This document shows, piece after piece, positions 40,246 through 53,630 of a stretch of DNA of 64,000 bases (position 1 is its first letter; every line of letters starts with the position of its first letter). The notes under the pieces were generated by a model, which worked only from the letters and a program-made list of their open reading frames with translations, did not search any database and was not told the DNA's origin. A program made the position numbers and the translations under genes. Source of the DNA: Camelus dromedarius (lineage: Eukaryota). The stretch spans positions 92,196,001 to 92,260,000 of the forward strand of contig NC_087437.1 in the NCBI RefSeq assembly GCF_036321535.1, written 5' to 3'.

Positions 40246-41544
40246 GACAAGATTGTTTCCATTAAAAACAATAATATGGTTGTAGCTCATTTTGTAACAG
40301 GAGGCCAACACTGGCGACTTGAGACTAACTTTCTTTGGAAAGTAACTAACTTTCCAAAATGGTTCAAGGGTCTCAGGGAGATCAGCTCAGATGTCAACAC
40401 AAAGATAGAGAAATAGGGAATTGGTCCCAGGAAAAGCCAGCAACGAAGCAGGTGAGTACAAGCATCATGAACAGATGTAGGAACTAAGTACTTGGGAGAT
40501 ACAGACTGGGAAGCAGGGCTGATGGGGTTTTAAGAAGTTGCAGGGAACTGAGCAGAGCTCAAAGGTAAGGATGCAGACACAGGTTTAAAAACAAGCAAAT
40601 AAAAAACAGGTTTGCACGTAGAAATCAGAATGCAAGGAATGAGTCTGAGACTGGGAATCTTTGCAAAACCTATATATAAGAACTAGGTGAAAAATGAAGG
40701 CCGAGCCTGTAGTAAGACAAATGAGCTGCTAACAGTATAAGCTACTCATCTAGAGGTCCTCATATTTTCCCTGCCTGAAAATGTTCCAGTTTCAAAGATT
40801 AAGCGGTTCATTACAATAATCTCTTCTGCACATACTTACTGTCATGTATAATCACTGGATAATGTGTCTTTGTTGACATGCTCTGTCGGTAATGTTTTTT
40901 TTTCTCTTTTTTTTCCTTCATCTCATTTCAAATAAAAATTGCCCCAAAGAATTCAGACATTTTAGTCTCTTCTGTCTTTCACATAGGCACATATAATGTG
41001 TGTGTGTGTATGTGTACATGTTGAAGTGTGTATTTGAATGGTGAAAGGATCTGCATGAGAGACTGAGAGAAAGAATGGATATTTGATGCATGTATGTATG
41101 TGTATGTATGTGTATGTGTGTATGGAAAAACAAACATGAGCTTTAGAAATAATGTGAAGTCACTCAGTTCACCTGCCCACTCAGTGTACCAATCCACACT
41201 GTAACAATTCTGACAGTTCATTTGCCACCTCTAAGTTGAGGACAGTCAAAACAGTAAGTTTAAGAGAAGCCCCTTCAATTTCTAAGTCTTTTTAGTTATT
41301 AGAAAACAGCTCTGTGTTATAAGAGAAATTTCCTTCCTGCAGTGTTTCAAAGCATCTTAGCTCTATACTTTGGAACTATCTGGATTTTATTTTTCAATGT
41401 GGCAATTCTTCTAATTTTTGAAGATTGCATGCCTTCACCATTGTACTCTCCACATTAATTTTTTGACATTAAATGGCTCCATTACTTTCCACATATTTCA
41501 ATGTCATGCTGTCATAAATCTTTATCCTGGATATCATTTCTTGA

Positions 41545-41750
41545 ATGATCCTACTTAGAGTTAGTTTTCAAATGTAATAGCCAAGAGTGAGAAATAGTCC
41601 AGATGTGGTCAAGATTTTTAATTGTATTATAAAATGATTTTCTTTTTCATTTTGAGCCCTAAATGTACACAGATCCAGGCTAAGTTTTGGTTTAATTTTT
41701 TTGGCAGCCATCACACTGCTGACTCATATTGATCTTGTAATCAATACATC
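41545..41750 (-). mobile_element. L3/CR1 LINE fragment
   Basis: aatagtccagatgtggtc...tttttggcagccatcacactgctgactcatattgatcttgtaatcaa, a characteristic antisense L3 ORF2 3' motif. Confidence 0.7.
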
Positions 41751-41769
41751 ACTCTGTCATCCATCGCAT

Positions 41770-41942
41770 TATGTTTCCCTTTGAATCACTGACATATGCA
41801 TACATTTTAGCACTTTTCACTTTCCATGGTAGTTATTTATGTCTGTCTTTCTTCCTAAACTGTGAGTTCCTCAAGGGTAGGGATTGCATCTTATTCATCT
41901 TTGACCTAGTAATTCAATAAACTAATAAATGTTTGTTGAATA
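41770..41942 (+). mobile_element. L2 3' terminus
   Basis: tgtctgtctttcttcctaaactgtgagttcctcaagggtagggattgcatcttattcatctttg...aataaatgtttgttgaat. Confidence 0.85.
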
Positions 41943-43869
41943 GAGATATATGGAAATTTCAGAAGCATGCTTTATATTTATTTTTTTAATTCAAGACCTT
42001 GAATACATTCATCATGATAGTGCAAAAGCATTTACTTAGAGATCTCTTTTCAGGTTAATGTTCATTCTCAAAAATAGTTTTTATTTAAAGCATTTTAAAA
42101 GTTATGAGTCTATTTAACTATTCGTGTTTACATGTACAGCAGAGATAATATACACAAAAACATGACTATTTCTTGAAACATTGTTCTATATCTGAAATAT
42201 TCTCTTGAACTAAGAATCTAATAATATATTGAAAAATAAAAGAGGAAAGGAAATAAAAGATGCATGACTTCTTTCTGAGAAAGAGTATGATTACTTTTAG
42301 TTTTTCTATTTTTTTTCTCTCCCTCATTCTTCTCATGTCTCTCAATTGTCACATACCCTCCATTTAAGAAACAATTCTAGAATTTTACTAGGGAATATTG
42401 ACAAGTTAATCTGTATTTTGCTGAATTCACCTTGTCCTCTTCTATGAAAAGTAGCATCTCTCCTTATTTTTCTTCCAGATCCTTCACTGTTACTTAAGAA
42501 AATACTCTAGTTTGGCAGAATGCAGTTTATGCGAAGGAGAAAAGTACAAAATAAAGTCAAATGATTTGGATTGTTTTCTTTTTTCTTCTTCTTTTTTCAA
42601 TCAGGAAGGGATTGGGGTCTTTATATACCGTAAGGCATCTCCAAGTTTCAGTATCCTTCTGTGGACATCGGCTTTAATATTTTAATCTAAGGATCGTTTT
42701 TTGAAATAACCTCCCAAAGTAAGTGTTCTGTTTCTCTCAGCCATCTCAGTACTTTAGCCCATGCGCTTCTAAAGAAAAGATCTCTCCCTGAGTAGTTCTT
42801 ATTCATATTCCAAATATAATTATGAAGCCATTAACTTCCTCAGTACTTGAGCAGCATAATCACATTGATATTTTATTTGTATTTTAGTCGTTTTTGCATT
42901 ATGTCAGTTTCATAATTTTTTTAAACTATGCCAGTGTATGCTGAGCCAGTTTAACAGGCAAGCATTTGATGTTAGCCAGTTCTGCTTTGTTCTCAAGGAA
43001 AAACTGCTTACTGTCATACTATGATCAGAGTGAAGAGTAGGGAAGCTTTGGGAGGAAGGAAATAACTGTGATACCAGGCTTTTAAAATATATCCTTCAGA
43101 AGTTGGGGATGGCAGAGATTAAAGGCAGAGAAGTTTGGCTGTGATCTTGCAGAAACCCATAGGTTACATGGTCAAGTGATTAATCAGAAGGTCTTCACAA
43201 AAATTGGACTTAATGTGATCTTTCAGTGGGAAACTAATCTTGTATAGGATCCAACAAGTGATGGGATCTAGGGAATAGTCAAGCTATACTTGCAGACATC
43301 TTTGGGGATGGGCAGGTGTAGGATTTCCTGCTAGTGTGTGTGTAGGTGTTGGGAGAATTTCTTATGATGTAGATATCTCCACAAATATGAAGTATTTGTC
43401 CTCACTGAGAGGAAAAGCCTATGAGACATTAGTTATGAACCAAGTTATATAGTGCTGCCTTTTGGAGACTAGGCTGAAATGTTAGGGGAATATACCTTGA
43501 TATGTTCTTGTATAGCTTCTACTTCTTCTCTGACCACTTGCTATAGGTATTTAAGGAGCTTTGATCTTGATTGCATGTATACAGCCCCACTGACCTCATT
43601 GAATAATCTTACTTGAGATTTCACTTATTATCATGGCCACTGTGAAAAAGAGCTAGAATGATCTGGCACTTGGACTCCTGGCCAGTATTGACCATCATTT
43701 TGCTCCCAAATGGTCTGAATCAGAGCTGCTGGTTCTCCCTCTTCCATCTGCTGGGCATCTACTGTCAACACAGATCCTATCAAGATGGTTTGTTACAGTG
43801 AAAAAGAGGCCCTTCAGCAGCGTTTTGCTAGAAGATACATTCTCTAGCAAAAACACACATCTCCATCTT

Positions 43870-44003
43870 TATAACTCTGATTAGCTACCTAACTCTCTTC
43901 ATTTGTAAAACAGGCATACTAATAACGTCTGCTTTATATGTTTCCCATTATGAGAGTGTAATGACATCTAATAATAGGGCAATAAATGGTAGCAATTGTT
44001 ACT
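43870..44003 (+). mobile_element. MIR fragment
   Basis: cttcatttgtaaaacaggcatactaataacgtctgc...caataaatggtagcaatt. Confidence 0.6.
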
Positions 44004-44302
44004 CCCCTATGCTCTCTTACATTTCTTTACAAAATTCAACATCTTCTTCCACAGCTGGGCAGCAAGGAGAAAAATAATGTATTTAGTTTGGCTGAAATGA
44101 TCTGTTTTAGAATCAAGGGATGGAGGAAGGCTTTAAAATATTTTTAAATTATTTTGCACTTTTCTACTCATACTGATTCTGAAATGTATATACATATTTA
44201 CTTAAATGTCTCAAGAGTGTAAGCATGTTAATAAAAATACTTTGGGAACACAGGAATTTCACTGTGTATACAGCATAATGCCTTCACATGTCTCTAGAAA
44301 AG

Positions 44303-44545
44303 CCATTCCTTTCATGCATATTTATTAAGCACCTACTGTGTGCTGAACAAAATAAACATGGTCCTTTCTTCCATGGATGGTGCATAAGAATAGAGGAGAC
44401 CTAAAATAATCAAATCATCTCAAATAAAAACAAAACTACAATTTAAATTATAGGGAGGGAATGATCAGGGTACTAATAAATTGCAGGAGTAAGAAGTAAT
44501 TTGCTTGGACTTGGGAAAGCCAGGAGAAGGGGAGACGGGAGCTGA
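44303..44545 (-). mobile_element. L2 3' fragment
   Basis: cattcctttcatgcatatttattaagcacctactgtgtgctgaacaaaataaacatggtcc. Confidence 0.75.
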
Positions 44546-44990
44546 AAGATTGTGGGCTACAGGTTTTACCCCCTATGCCCAGACTGAGTCTTATAAAATA
44601 ATTCTTCTGTGATGAAAATACTATCCAATTATTTATTGTGGGACTATATTTTTTGAAGTCCAAGTATTTGTGTGCTTCTCATGTATATGAAGACGTGAGA
44701 AATGTAAAGGGAAGACTTTAGTATTGCCTAAAATGTAGAAACTTTGGAGATTGAGTAATATGCAAATTGTTTCTGTCTGTGCCTTGGTAAATGAAAGCAT
44801 TATTTATCAACAGTGCAAGGATTAATTAGCAAATGTTTGTAAAATGTTTTGAATAGCTGATTAGTGCTAACACCACTGTTTATAATCTAGTCTCGCTAAA
44901 ATCAACGTGAAATTCTGTGCTTTGTTACCAGGTGAGTTGCTCAAGGATCTAAAACTTTCTCACAGTCTCTATGAACACACTGTACTTAGC

Positions 44991-45024
44991 TGACAGGTCA
45001 CCTGTCATTTATAATTAATGTCAG
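44991..45024. promoter_or_regulatory. Candidate TALE (MEIS/TGIF/PKNOX)-HOX composite site
   Basis: TGACAGGT-C-ACCTGTCA perfect inverted repeat, followed by TTTATAATTAAT and TGTCA. This is motif evidence only. Confidence 0.3.
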
Positions 45025-45914
45025 AAAAGCAATAAAACTAAAAGACGAGTTTTGCACCTGATATAACTTCTTTTCTGTCAGGTCTCTCCTTAAATCTCTT
45101 ATTGTTCTGTCTCCACTGACACATACTCTCTACATTCTGTTTCATATTGTGCTGTTTAAAAAAAAAAAATCTCTTCAGCCATTTGATTCTATGTTCTTGC
45201 ATTGTGCTTTGGTCTCACAGAACAACATTTTCTTCATTAAGAAATAATTAAATTCAGATTTCACTTACAAACCCTCACTTCTTATCTCTTCTTATACTTC
45301 ACTGGAGAAGACAATCTGTTGGAACAGCTGCATGAACCACAAAATAGTCTTTGTACTTAGAGGCTAAACTATTTTAACTGCAATAAAAGTTGCACTACAA
45401 TTGCCAATACCCAGAAGGACATTTTGTTTCACGGCCTTATCTATTTTATATCTCTCTGAGTAGCAGGAGATCTCAACACCCCTCTGCCAGACCTCATTTC
45501 CATATTGCCAGCATTTCTTACAAGCTTTAGAAAATCAGCAAAGAGAGCTAAATTCAAAATAACAAGGTGAGCATTTAAAATAAATGATAGGGGAAAGATG
45601 CTCAGGAAATAAAAGTATTGCTGAGGAGAGAGCAAATATCTGACGAAAGCAGTGAATAAAAAAAGATGCTTAAGAACTATTAAAAAATATGCCAATCCCT
45701 TGATACACTTTATGTAATTTTCATCTGTCAGTGGATATTCTACTTTCTCCAAATGGAATACAATTTGCAAAAAGAAAAGGGAAAGAGAAAAGCCAGATGT
45801 CACAATCAGTAAAAATCAAATCCCATTCTCTAATTTAAGTAAAGAGAAGATGAATAGAGAAAAATGTAAACATCTAGGATGAAAATTAGCCATAAATATC
45901 AGCTTATTAAAATG

Positions 45915-46795
45915 AGATCTTATGCAAATCAAAACCATACCTCACGCCTGTTGGAAGACTATCATCAAAAAGATAAGAGATTTCAAGTGTCAACAAGAAT
46001 GTGGACAAAAGGGAAATTGTACATTGTTGATGGGAATGTAAATTGCTGCAGTCATTTTTTTTTTTTAAAGTATGGAGATTCCTTAAAAAATTAAAAATAG
46101 AACTATCATGATCCATCAATCTCACTTCAGGATTTATATCCAAAGGAAACAAAAGCAGTATCTCGAAGATCAATCGGGACCCATGTTCACTGCAGCATTA
46201 TTCACAATACCCAAGGTATGGAAACAACCTAATGTCTGCCAGTGGATGAACAGATTAAAAAACGTGAGACGCTTACATAGGATAGAATAGTATTCAGCCA
46301 GGAGAAAGAAGGAAATCCTGCCATTTGTGACAACCTGGATGGATCTTGTGGGCATTATGCAAAGTGAAATAAGCCAGACAGAGGAAGACAAATGCTACAT
46401 GGTATCACTTATATGTGAAATCTTAAAAAGTCAAACTTACAGCAATGGAGAGAAAGAAAAGTGGTTGCCAAGGGCTGAGGGTGGGGGAATTAGACAGAGG
46501 TTGGTAAAAAGGTATAAACTTTGCTATAAGATAAATCAGGTCTGAGAATTTTATGTGTAACATGATGGCTATAGTTGGTAACACTATTATATAATTGAAA
46601 TTTGCTAAGGGGGTAGAACTTAAATGTTCTCACAAACACACAAAAATGATAAGTGATATATGTGAGATCATAGATGTATTAATTAACTAAATGAGAGACT
46701 CCTTTCACTATGTATATCACATTATCATGATGTATACTTTGAATATCTTATAATTTTCTTTGCCAATTATACTTCAATAAAACTGAAAAAAATAA
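45915..46795 (+). mobile_element. 5'-truncated LINE-1 3' end (L1MA9-like)
   Basis: Remnants PMFTAALFTIPKVWKQP and TTWMDLVGIMQSEISQTEEDKCYMVSLIC; 3' end aattatacttcaataaaactgaaaaaaa. Confidence 0.92.
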
Positions 46796-48027
46796 GATTT
46801 AAAATTCTCACAATAAGATGTAGTAGTTTGGAGTTTATATTTTAATTTTAGCAAGATTTTATATAAGTTGTTTGAAACAGGTAGACTTAGATAAAATATG
46901 TATTCAGTACTCAGAAAGAAAAGAGATGCAGTGAAATATATAAACTATATTTATACTTATCTGTGAGACTAAAAAGGCCCAGAGCATACTGACTTCCTCT
47001 GAACACGTGTTTAGTGAGAAGATTAGGGATTACTGTATAAACAAATTTCCTCTTCAATGAATCACAGCCATGTTGATGAAATGGGTAAGTCCAGGGGCTT
47101 CTTAAATTCTATGTACAGACCATCATTTAATATAATATTTTTACATATTAAAATATTTTATATTTAAAATTAAGCCTCCCAGACAAGAAAATCATGCCAC
47201 AGTAGCACTCAGAAAGGGAAATCACGAGTATTCATATGACTTTAAGGGCTATATTTTGGTTATTATTTCATTCTTCATGCACTTCTCAATGACTGTTGCA
47301 GAAAACATTCAGTATATATTGAATATTATGATTTGAGATCATATATACCCCCAAATTTATCATTCTCTAAATACATTTAATTGCTTCCTTTAAAACACAA
47401 ATATTATGTATCCTCAACTTGTCTGTATGCATTTTAGTATCAGCATCTTTAAAATTTCTTAATTTTATAATAGTGCAATAAAATATTTCGGGGCTAGTAT
47501 GTGTATTGAAAATGTTATTAACTGAGTGCAATTACAGATTAAGTTTTAAACATTTTCACAAACGCCGAGTACAAATGTCATTAAGATTATCTTAAGTTGT
47601 TAGAGGAGAGGCAAGATCACCTAAAGCTCACATCAGTGTTAGTTCAGTACAAAAAATACGAATGTTTTATTTGAAAGAAACACTGCAGTTGTTTGAGGTT
47701 ATTTAGACATGCATGCAATCCCCACTTTTTGGAAAGAAAACATTGATGACTCTAATTAAGGGAGTAGAAAGAGAATCTGTTTAGGACTAAGTTAAATATT
47801 AAATTAAAAATTCATATCCTAACTTTTAAACTTTCTTAGTTATTAACATCATATGGAAGGCCCTATGCTAGTTTTTAACAGTCAATTAAGATATGCCTAT
47901 TGTAGCAATATCTCAGCAGAGTGCCAAAGTTGGTCAGTGACCATCAATCTGAATTCTGCTATGCAGCCAATTGAATGTGTTCAGGGGTTACTCAGTACCA
48001 AGTGCCATCAACCCTTTGAGTTATCTC

Positions 48028-48057
48028 TCTCAAGGCATAATTTCTCAAGGCATAATT
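48028..48057 (+). repeat. Perfect 15-bp tandem duplication
   Basis: tctcaaggcataatt x2 (48028-48042, 48043-48057). Confidence 0.95.
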
Positions 48058-48660
48058 CTTCTGCCAGAGCTCCAGATGGAAGTCCATTTAGTCATAATGT
48101 ATCTTATAATTATCACAGCTGACACTCTGACATTCCATTTTGGCCTGGAAGATTGACCCAGCTGTACAGTATATTATCTTTTCAGCATAACCTCTCTAAT
48201 TTTTGTGGCATGGAAAAATAGCATCTGCAGATTCTCTAACTCACTGTGGGCTTGACAAATAATATTCTAACATCTGCAGTCTTGCTGTAAAAAGCAGGTA
48301 CATGGGTGACAATAGTTTCAATCATACCAGCTACCAGTTACTCTCAACTGGAGGCTAAATCCTAGAACAATTTTAGTGCTAATGAATGGGTGCTGGTTGA
48401 CAGACCTAGAGGCTGAAGCTCTGCCTCCGAGGCCCAGAACAACGGAAGCCCAGCTTGCCCACCACCAGTGTAAAGTGCAGGATGTGTCCACCATGGATCC
48501 ACTCGACTTTTGAGTAAGAGTTTATAACGTGATTATTTTTTACTACGGAGCAATTTGGCTACATGGGACTATAAAGAAAATTAATCACAGTTTCATTTCA
48601 TTCAAAAGGACAATTGACAACTTATCTAATATCCCCACTGAATCGCCACAAGATTCTCAT

Positions 48661-48915
48661 TGAAACATTCCCCCAAAGAGAAGAACCCCTCAGTCAGAAA
48701 CTGAGACTTGACCATGCTTGCAAACTAATAAGTTACCTTGCCACAGTGTCACAGATGATGGCAGAGGACCTGAGATTTCTGGGTCAGAGGCAAAAGACTT
48801 TATTACCTATGGCACAACAAAGGGTATGAGTTTTACGTTTGCATTGGTCCCCCTTACCTGCTAAGTCCCATAAGGGTTATTCAGAGAAAACCAGATGGAT
48901 GCTATATAAACAGCT
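48661..48915 (-). mobile_element. ERVL-type LTR fragment (MER74/MER73-like)
   Basis: tgagatttctgggtcagaggcaaaagactttattacctatggcacaac, including an antisense AATAAA. Confidence 0.6.
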
Positions 48916-49235
48916 GTAAAAAGATATTCTGGGACAGAAGTTGTCACAAGATAGGTAGAAATACAATGAAGAATTGTTCCCTCCTCATCCTTCTCTATAT
49001 TAAAATTTTTCACTGGACATGAGATTTCAAGAAATTATTCACACTATGGAAACGTAGTAGACAGTCTCTCATATTTCCTTAGAGAACTTTAAGGATTTTT
49101 TTAACTTTATTTTTTTCCTTCTTTCCTTCCTTCCTTTTGTCCAGCCCTCCTCTGCACCTCTTCCTCCTCCTCCTCCTTTTCTCCCTCCTCCTTCCTCTAA
49201 TTCTTCTAAATCTTTTAAATCTTCTGTCTGTGTGG

Positions 49236-49236
<1 letters not shown>

Positions 49237-49266
<30 letters not shown>
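49237..49266. repeat. (TG)15 microsatellite, preceded by a CT-rich tract (about 49110-49200)
   Basis: Direct reading. Confidence 0.95.
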
Positions 49267-49267
<1 letters not shown>

Positions 49268-50649
49268 TATTATGTATAATATTAGCTACATCACTTTGGA
49301 TAAAAAGTAAGTTTGGATATTTTAGAAAGAATATTAGAATAGACAGATAGGTAGAGGATATATCTATCTATCAATATAGATATACAGGGTATAGTTATAA
49401 TATTTTTTTTAATTTTAAGTTTTGCATTATATGTGTGTAAAAAAATTGGAAAAAATTACAAACTCTATCTAGGCTTCATTTTCTTTATCTGTAATTTAAG
49501 ATTTTCTTCATCTATAATTTAAGATTGACCAGGTAATCTCTTCTATTTCTTTCAGTTCTAGAAATATGGGAAATTTTCTTTTCCTTTTGTCAAGTGGTTA
49601 AACAGAGTAGTTGCTAACAAATATCTTTTAATGATGAATATTTCTCTGTTGCAATTTTAGAAAATTGTGTATCTGAACAAAGCAGACAAAATTCGTACAT
49701 GTTTAACCTAAGCATTAGAAGAATATAAAACAAGATTATTTCAATGAAAATTCCTCTGTGTATCTTTTTCACTCCTCTTTGGCTCTCTCTTGTTATTAAC
49801 TGTTTCTCAAATTACTCTAATTTTGATTGCTATGTTTAAGAATTGCCTGTTTGCTACAGTAAATGGCTCTGGCTTCTTATTAAAATGAACGGCAAGGAAA
49901 AAAACCCAGGTACATTTTTCTTACTTTTTTCCTTCATTTACTACTCTTCTATTTTTTGATTCTCAATATTTCTGAACTCTCCATACCATAAAATACCATT
50001 TGGAGAAAAATAACTTTTTTTTATACTTTGAAATAGGAAAAAATAGAACAAATTATGGGCATAATGCAATAAGAGGAAGAAAATTATCTATACAAAATAA
50101 GAGTATTGTATTTCACTTACAATGCTAATATATGGAGGTAGGAATATCTTTAAATTTGGAAGATTAAGAATATACTCTGCTAGATAAAAATGATTTGGAA
50201 GAGGGAAACAGAAAATTCTACTTTTAATTTTTATGCTTTTGTCTTTTAATTCTGTCTTTGGGTATAAGGAAGGGACATTGAAAACTGGGTTGTACATTCA
50301 GAGGGTAAAGATGACAGCAATTTCATATCATTGGTGCCTTCTTATACTAATCATAGGAATTCTTATAACAAATTTTGCAAGATTCCAAGCCTCATTACAG
50401 ACCAATGTTTCATGAAGCAAAGTGAAAGAAATCACCCTGTCATTTCTGAAATACTTTGTGCAAAAGCATTTTTGTTTTCTCAAGTCTCAGAATCTATATT
50501 TATAGTTCTCTTCCCAGATTACTTCATTTTATGTGTGAAAGAAGCCTTAGAATACAGAAACAAGTTATAAACATGTGGTCATATCAGTTTGCTTATCCCT
50601 ACAATCACATTAAGTTTTTTTTTCACGTACTTAAACTCTGTCTCTGAGA

Positions 50650-50980
50650 TGCCCTTGCTTCTTCTCTTAATTCCAATCCTAACCATCCTGCAGAGCCCAT
50701 TTCCTTCATGAAGCCACTGCTTAGCACCCCTACTCTTCACTGAGCTGCCTTTTACTTAAAGGTCTTACCTTTCACTAAATAGCTGCACACTAATATATAG
50801 TAGTACAGTACATTAACACAGTGTTGCCCTGTATCCGAAATAAAGGTACTTGAATACACAATTTTAATGTGTTTTTAATCTTCTTATCCTGTCCCTCCCA
50901 CTAGGTTATACATTACTGAGTAGGGAATGCTACGTAGGTTCTAGGACAATGCTGAGCATATTAGAATCAGTTTGTAGAAT
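50650..50980 (+). mobile_element. L2 fragment
   Basis: ttccttcatgaagccactg...tgtccctcccactaggttatacattactgagtagggaatgc...ctaggacaatgctgagcatatt. Confidence 0.55.
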
Positions 50981-53494
50981 AGTTTCTAATGTGAGTAGTC
51001 CTCGTATGTTATGTGATATTTTATTCAATAGGTATTAATTTTCCTAAGGCTTTTCACTTATTTTCTAAATCGTTTAATTTTTACTTAAATGTAATTTATT
51101 AAAAGATGATTAAAAATGGAGAAATTGACATCTTTGGTAGAACAAAAATAACTCATCAACAAGAATACTTAATTAAGAGAATGATTCCTGCCTTTTTCAG
51201 TTCTTTTCTTATGAGCCCAATAAATCACATAGGAGTTCTTTGTAATATTTCTGCCTTATACCATGTATGATAAATTTTATTTTACCTGAAGACTAAATTC
51301 CCAGTGATATACAAAAATTAATTCAGGAGCATCTGCCTCCTTACAGATAAGAAGCTTCTTTTATATCTCTGCATTATGAAAGTGTTGACTGGAAAAATGA
51401 TATTATTTCTTAATATCAATTTAAATAGAAGTCTTCTTTTAAATATTTTATTTCCTTTTCTACTTTATTCTAACTTATCATGTTGGAGTATTTCAGGGCA
51501 ATTCTTTCAATTAATTTGAACTGAAGCTGAAAAATAATTTTATAAGATTTGACCATTTGTCTAGAAGTTATTGAAAACTGTAACAGGTAGACCTTATGGC
51601 AAATCAACATTATTACATTATTACAGTTACTTTAAATTACATAAAGTATAAATGTAAAAAGCCAGTGGTTTCACTGTGACAAAGTAAAGGATTCTATAAA
51701 TCGCTTTTGGAAACATATAATTTTATTGCTTCTATTTTTATAATAGTTTTCTAAATTTGTCAGTATATATTTAGAAACTGACTTGATACTAAACAAAAAA
51801 GACATTTTTTGATGAGCTTTCTCAAAAGTGAATCCAGTATAGCCTGTTAAAGACTGCCTTTTTAGGAAAGCAAAATGGGAAGAAGTCCATATCTACAATA
51901 GGTTCTTATTTTTAATCTAGTTTCATCTTCATTTAATGTATACAATAAAATAAATTTACAATGAGTGGGAAACAAGGAGCAAAAAGAGTAGATCAAAAAG
52001 ATAAATTAAAATATTTTTAAAAAGCAACTATAAAACGGTCTCCCAGGTGGCACTTCTAATTATTTTTCAGGCTATCAATATAAAACATATTTTAAATTTT
52101 ATTGTTAATAGACAGATACGATGAAAACAATAACAAATGTGTTTTAATTAAACTGATATGAATACAATGGAATACTAAAGAATGAAATACCCTTTATTTG
52201 GAAACTTTCTTGTCACATGAGTATTTTATTTTAAGGCTGATAAGTAAAATGTAGCCCATATAACCATCTGAATCCTACTGCTCAGTCTAATAGTGATTTC
52301 TGTGTATTTGGCATACTGGCTGTTATGTGCCAGGTTTGTTTCTGAAAATCATCAGACCAAATTCAACAGGGCAAAGGTGAAACGTTTTTTAAAAGACGTG
52401 AACTTGACATGAAACTAGGGATTCGAACACAAGGGGAAGTTCTTTCTACTTTCAATGGACCCAGTTTGACCCTTTCAAATGATCTCCACTAATTATTCCT
52501 CTTATACAGAATAGTTGCAATGCGCTTCCTCACAGGGTAGGCAGCTAAGGTGTGTGTGTTCTGTCCGGACTGCTGCTCACACTGACAGTGAGCAGTTCAT
52601 CAGCCAAGAGCTGGATGCTTGGATCTTGAATAACTCAGAAGGGAAAGTAAATTTGCCAGTGGACTACTTGACAGAAACTGAAGTAGTAACAGAGCCCTGT
52701 TGACAGACACATCTTTTCCAAGTCCCACCTGTTTTCAAGGTAGAACAGGGAAGTTTTCCAAAATATCATTCAATGAATGAGGTGTTGAAACTATCTCACT
52801 GAGCAGGGCTCTTCAGTTTGAAACGCTGCCACTAGCCCCATCAAAAATGGCTTCTAATACAAATGGTTATGACAGACACTAAAAGGAAGTAAAGTAGAGA
52901 GAGATACCATTTGGTTCTGAGTACATCAGGCATATATTGTAGTTTCCAAAAATATACTTAGGAACAAGCATCAATTCGACTGCTGACACAGACTGAGTAC
53001 TTTCTAGGTCTAGGAGCTGCAGATGCAAAAATTAATAAGTGAATAAAACAGGGAACACAAAACAGACTTGGGATTAATTATATGTAAAATACTACATAAT
53101 GTGGAAGCATGCACTAAGTTTTCACACTATGGTATAATTATCTCCAAGTGGTCTATAAAGCTGATCTTAACTAATTGACATTATTTCCCTCGGGTCCAAT
53201 GAGAAATTTCATTCACTGACTTCATCATATACTACTGCCCCAAATAACCATGCAGGTGTTAAGCATTTGGCAGCTTCTGCTAACACTTTATAGTTGAGAT
53301 ACAATGTTCCAATTTACAACTGCCATTACCATGTTCTCAGGTTGGCTATGTATGTTTGGGACCTGCGGAGAAGGCATACATTGGAATGTATGAGAATATC
53401 TGATTTAGAGTTCATTATATAGATATGTGTTAATAACTCCTGTGTATCATTGACATATGCTGTACAAGCCATGTGTTTTTCCACAAACAGTCTG

Positions 53495-53630
53495 AAGTAA
53501 AATTTCTCAAAGTGGGATAAGAATCACCTATGTGACTGTTAAAAGCACTGAACTACAGACCACATCTGGACTGATTAAATTTGTTTCCAGGTGTAGGTGA
53601 TAGAGACTTTCATTCTGAACAATGCCTTGA
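53495..53630. mobile_element. MER5-like hAT fragment
   Basis: tttctcaaagtggg...agaatcacctatgtgactgttaaaagca...ccacatctggactgattaaat...cattctgaacaa. Confidence 0.55.

Noticed and set aside
43823..43852. Hairpin ttttgctaga-N10-tctagcaaaa
   Set aside because: The stem is short, AT-rich and within chance expectation. It is too short for a pre-miRNA, and bacterial terminators are irrelevant here.
45441..45803. Longest ORF in the track (120 aa, minus strand) and other hydrophobic ORFs of 60-107 aa
   Set aside because: Their F/L/I-rich composition simply mirrors T-rich DNA. I recognise no domain and see no coherent exon chain, and many start at non-ATG codons or lie in repeats.
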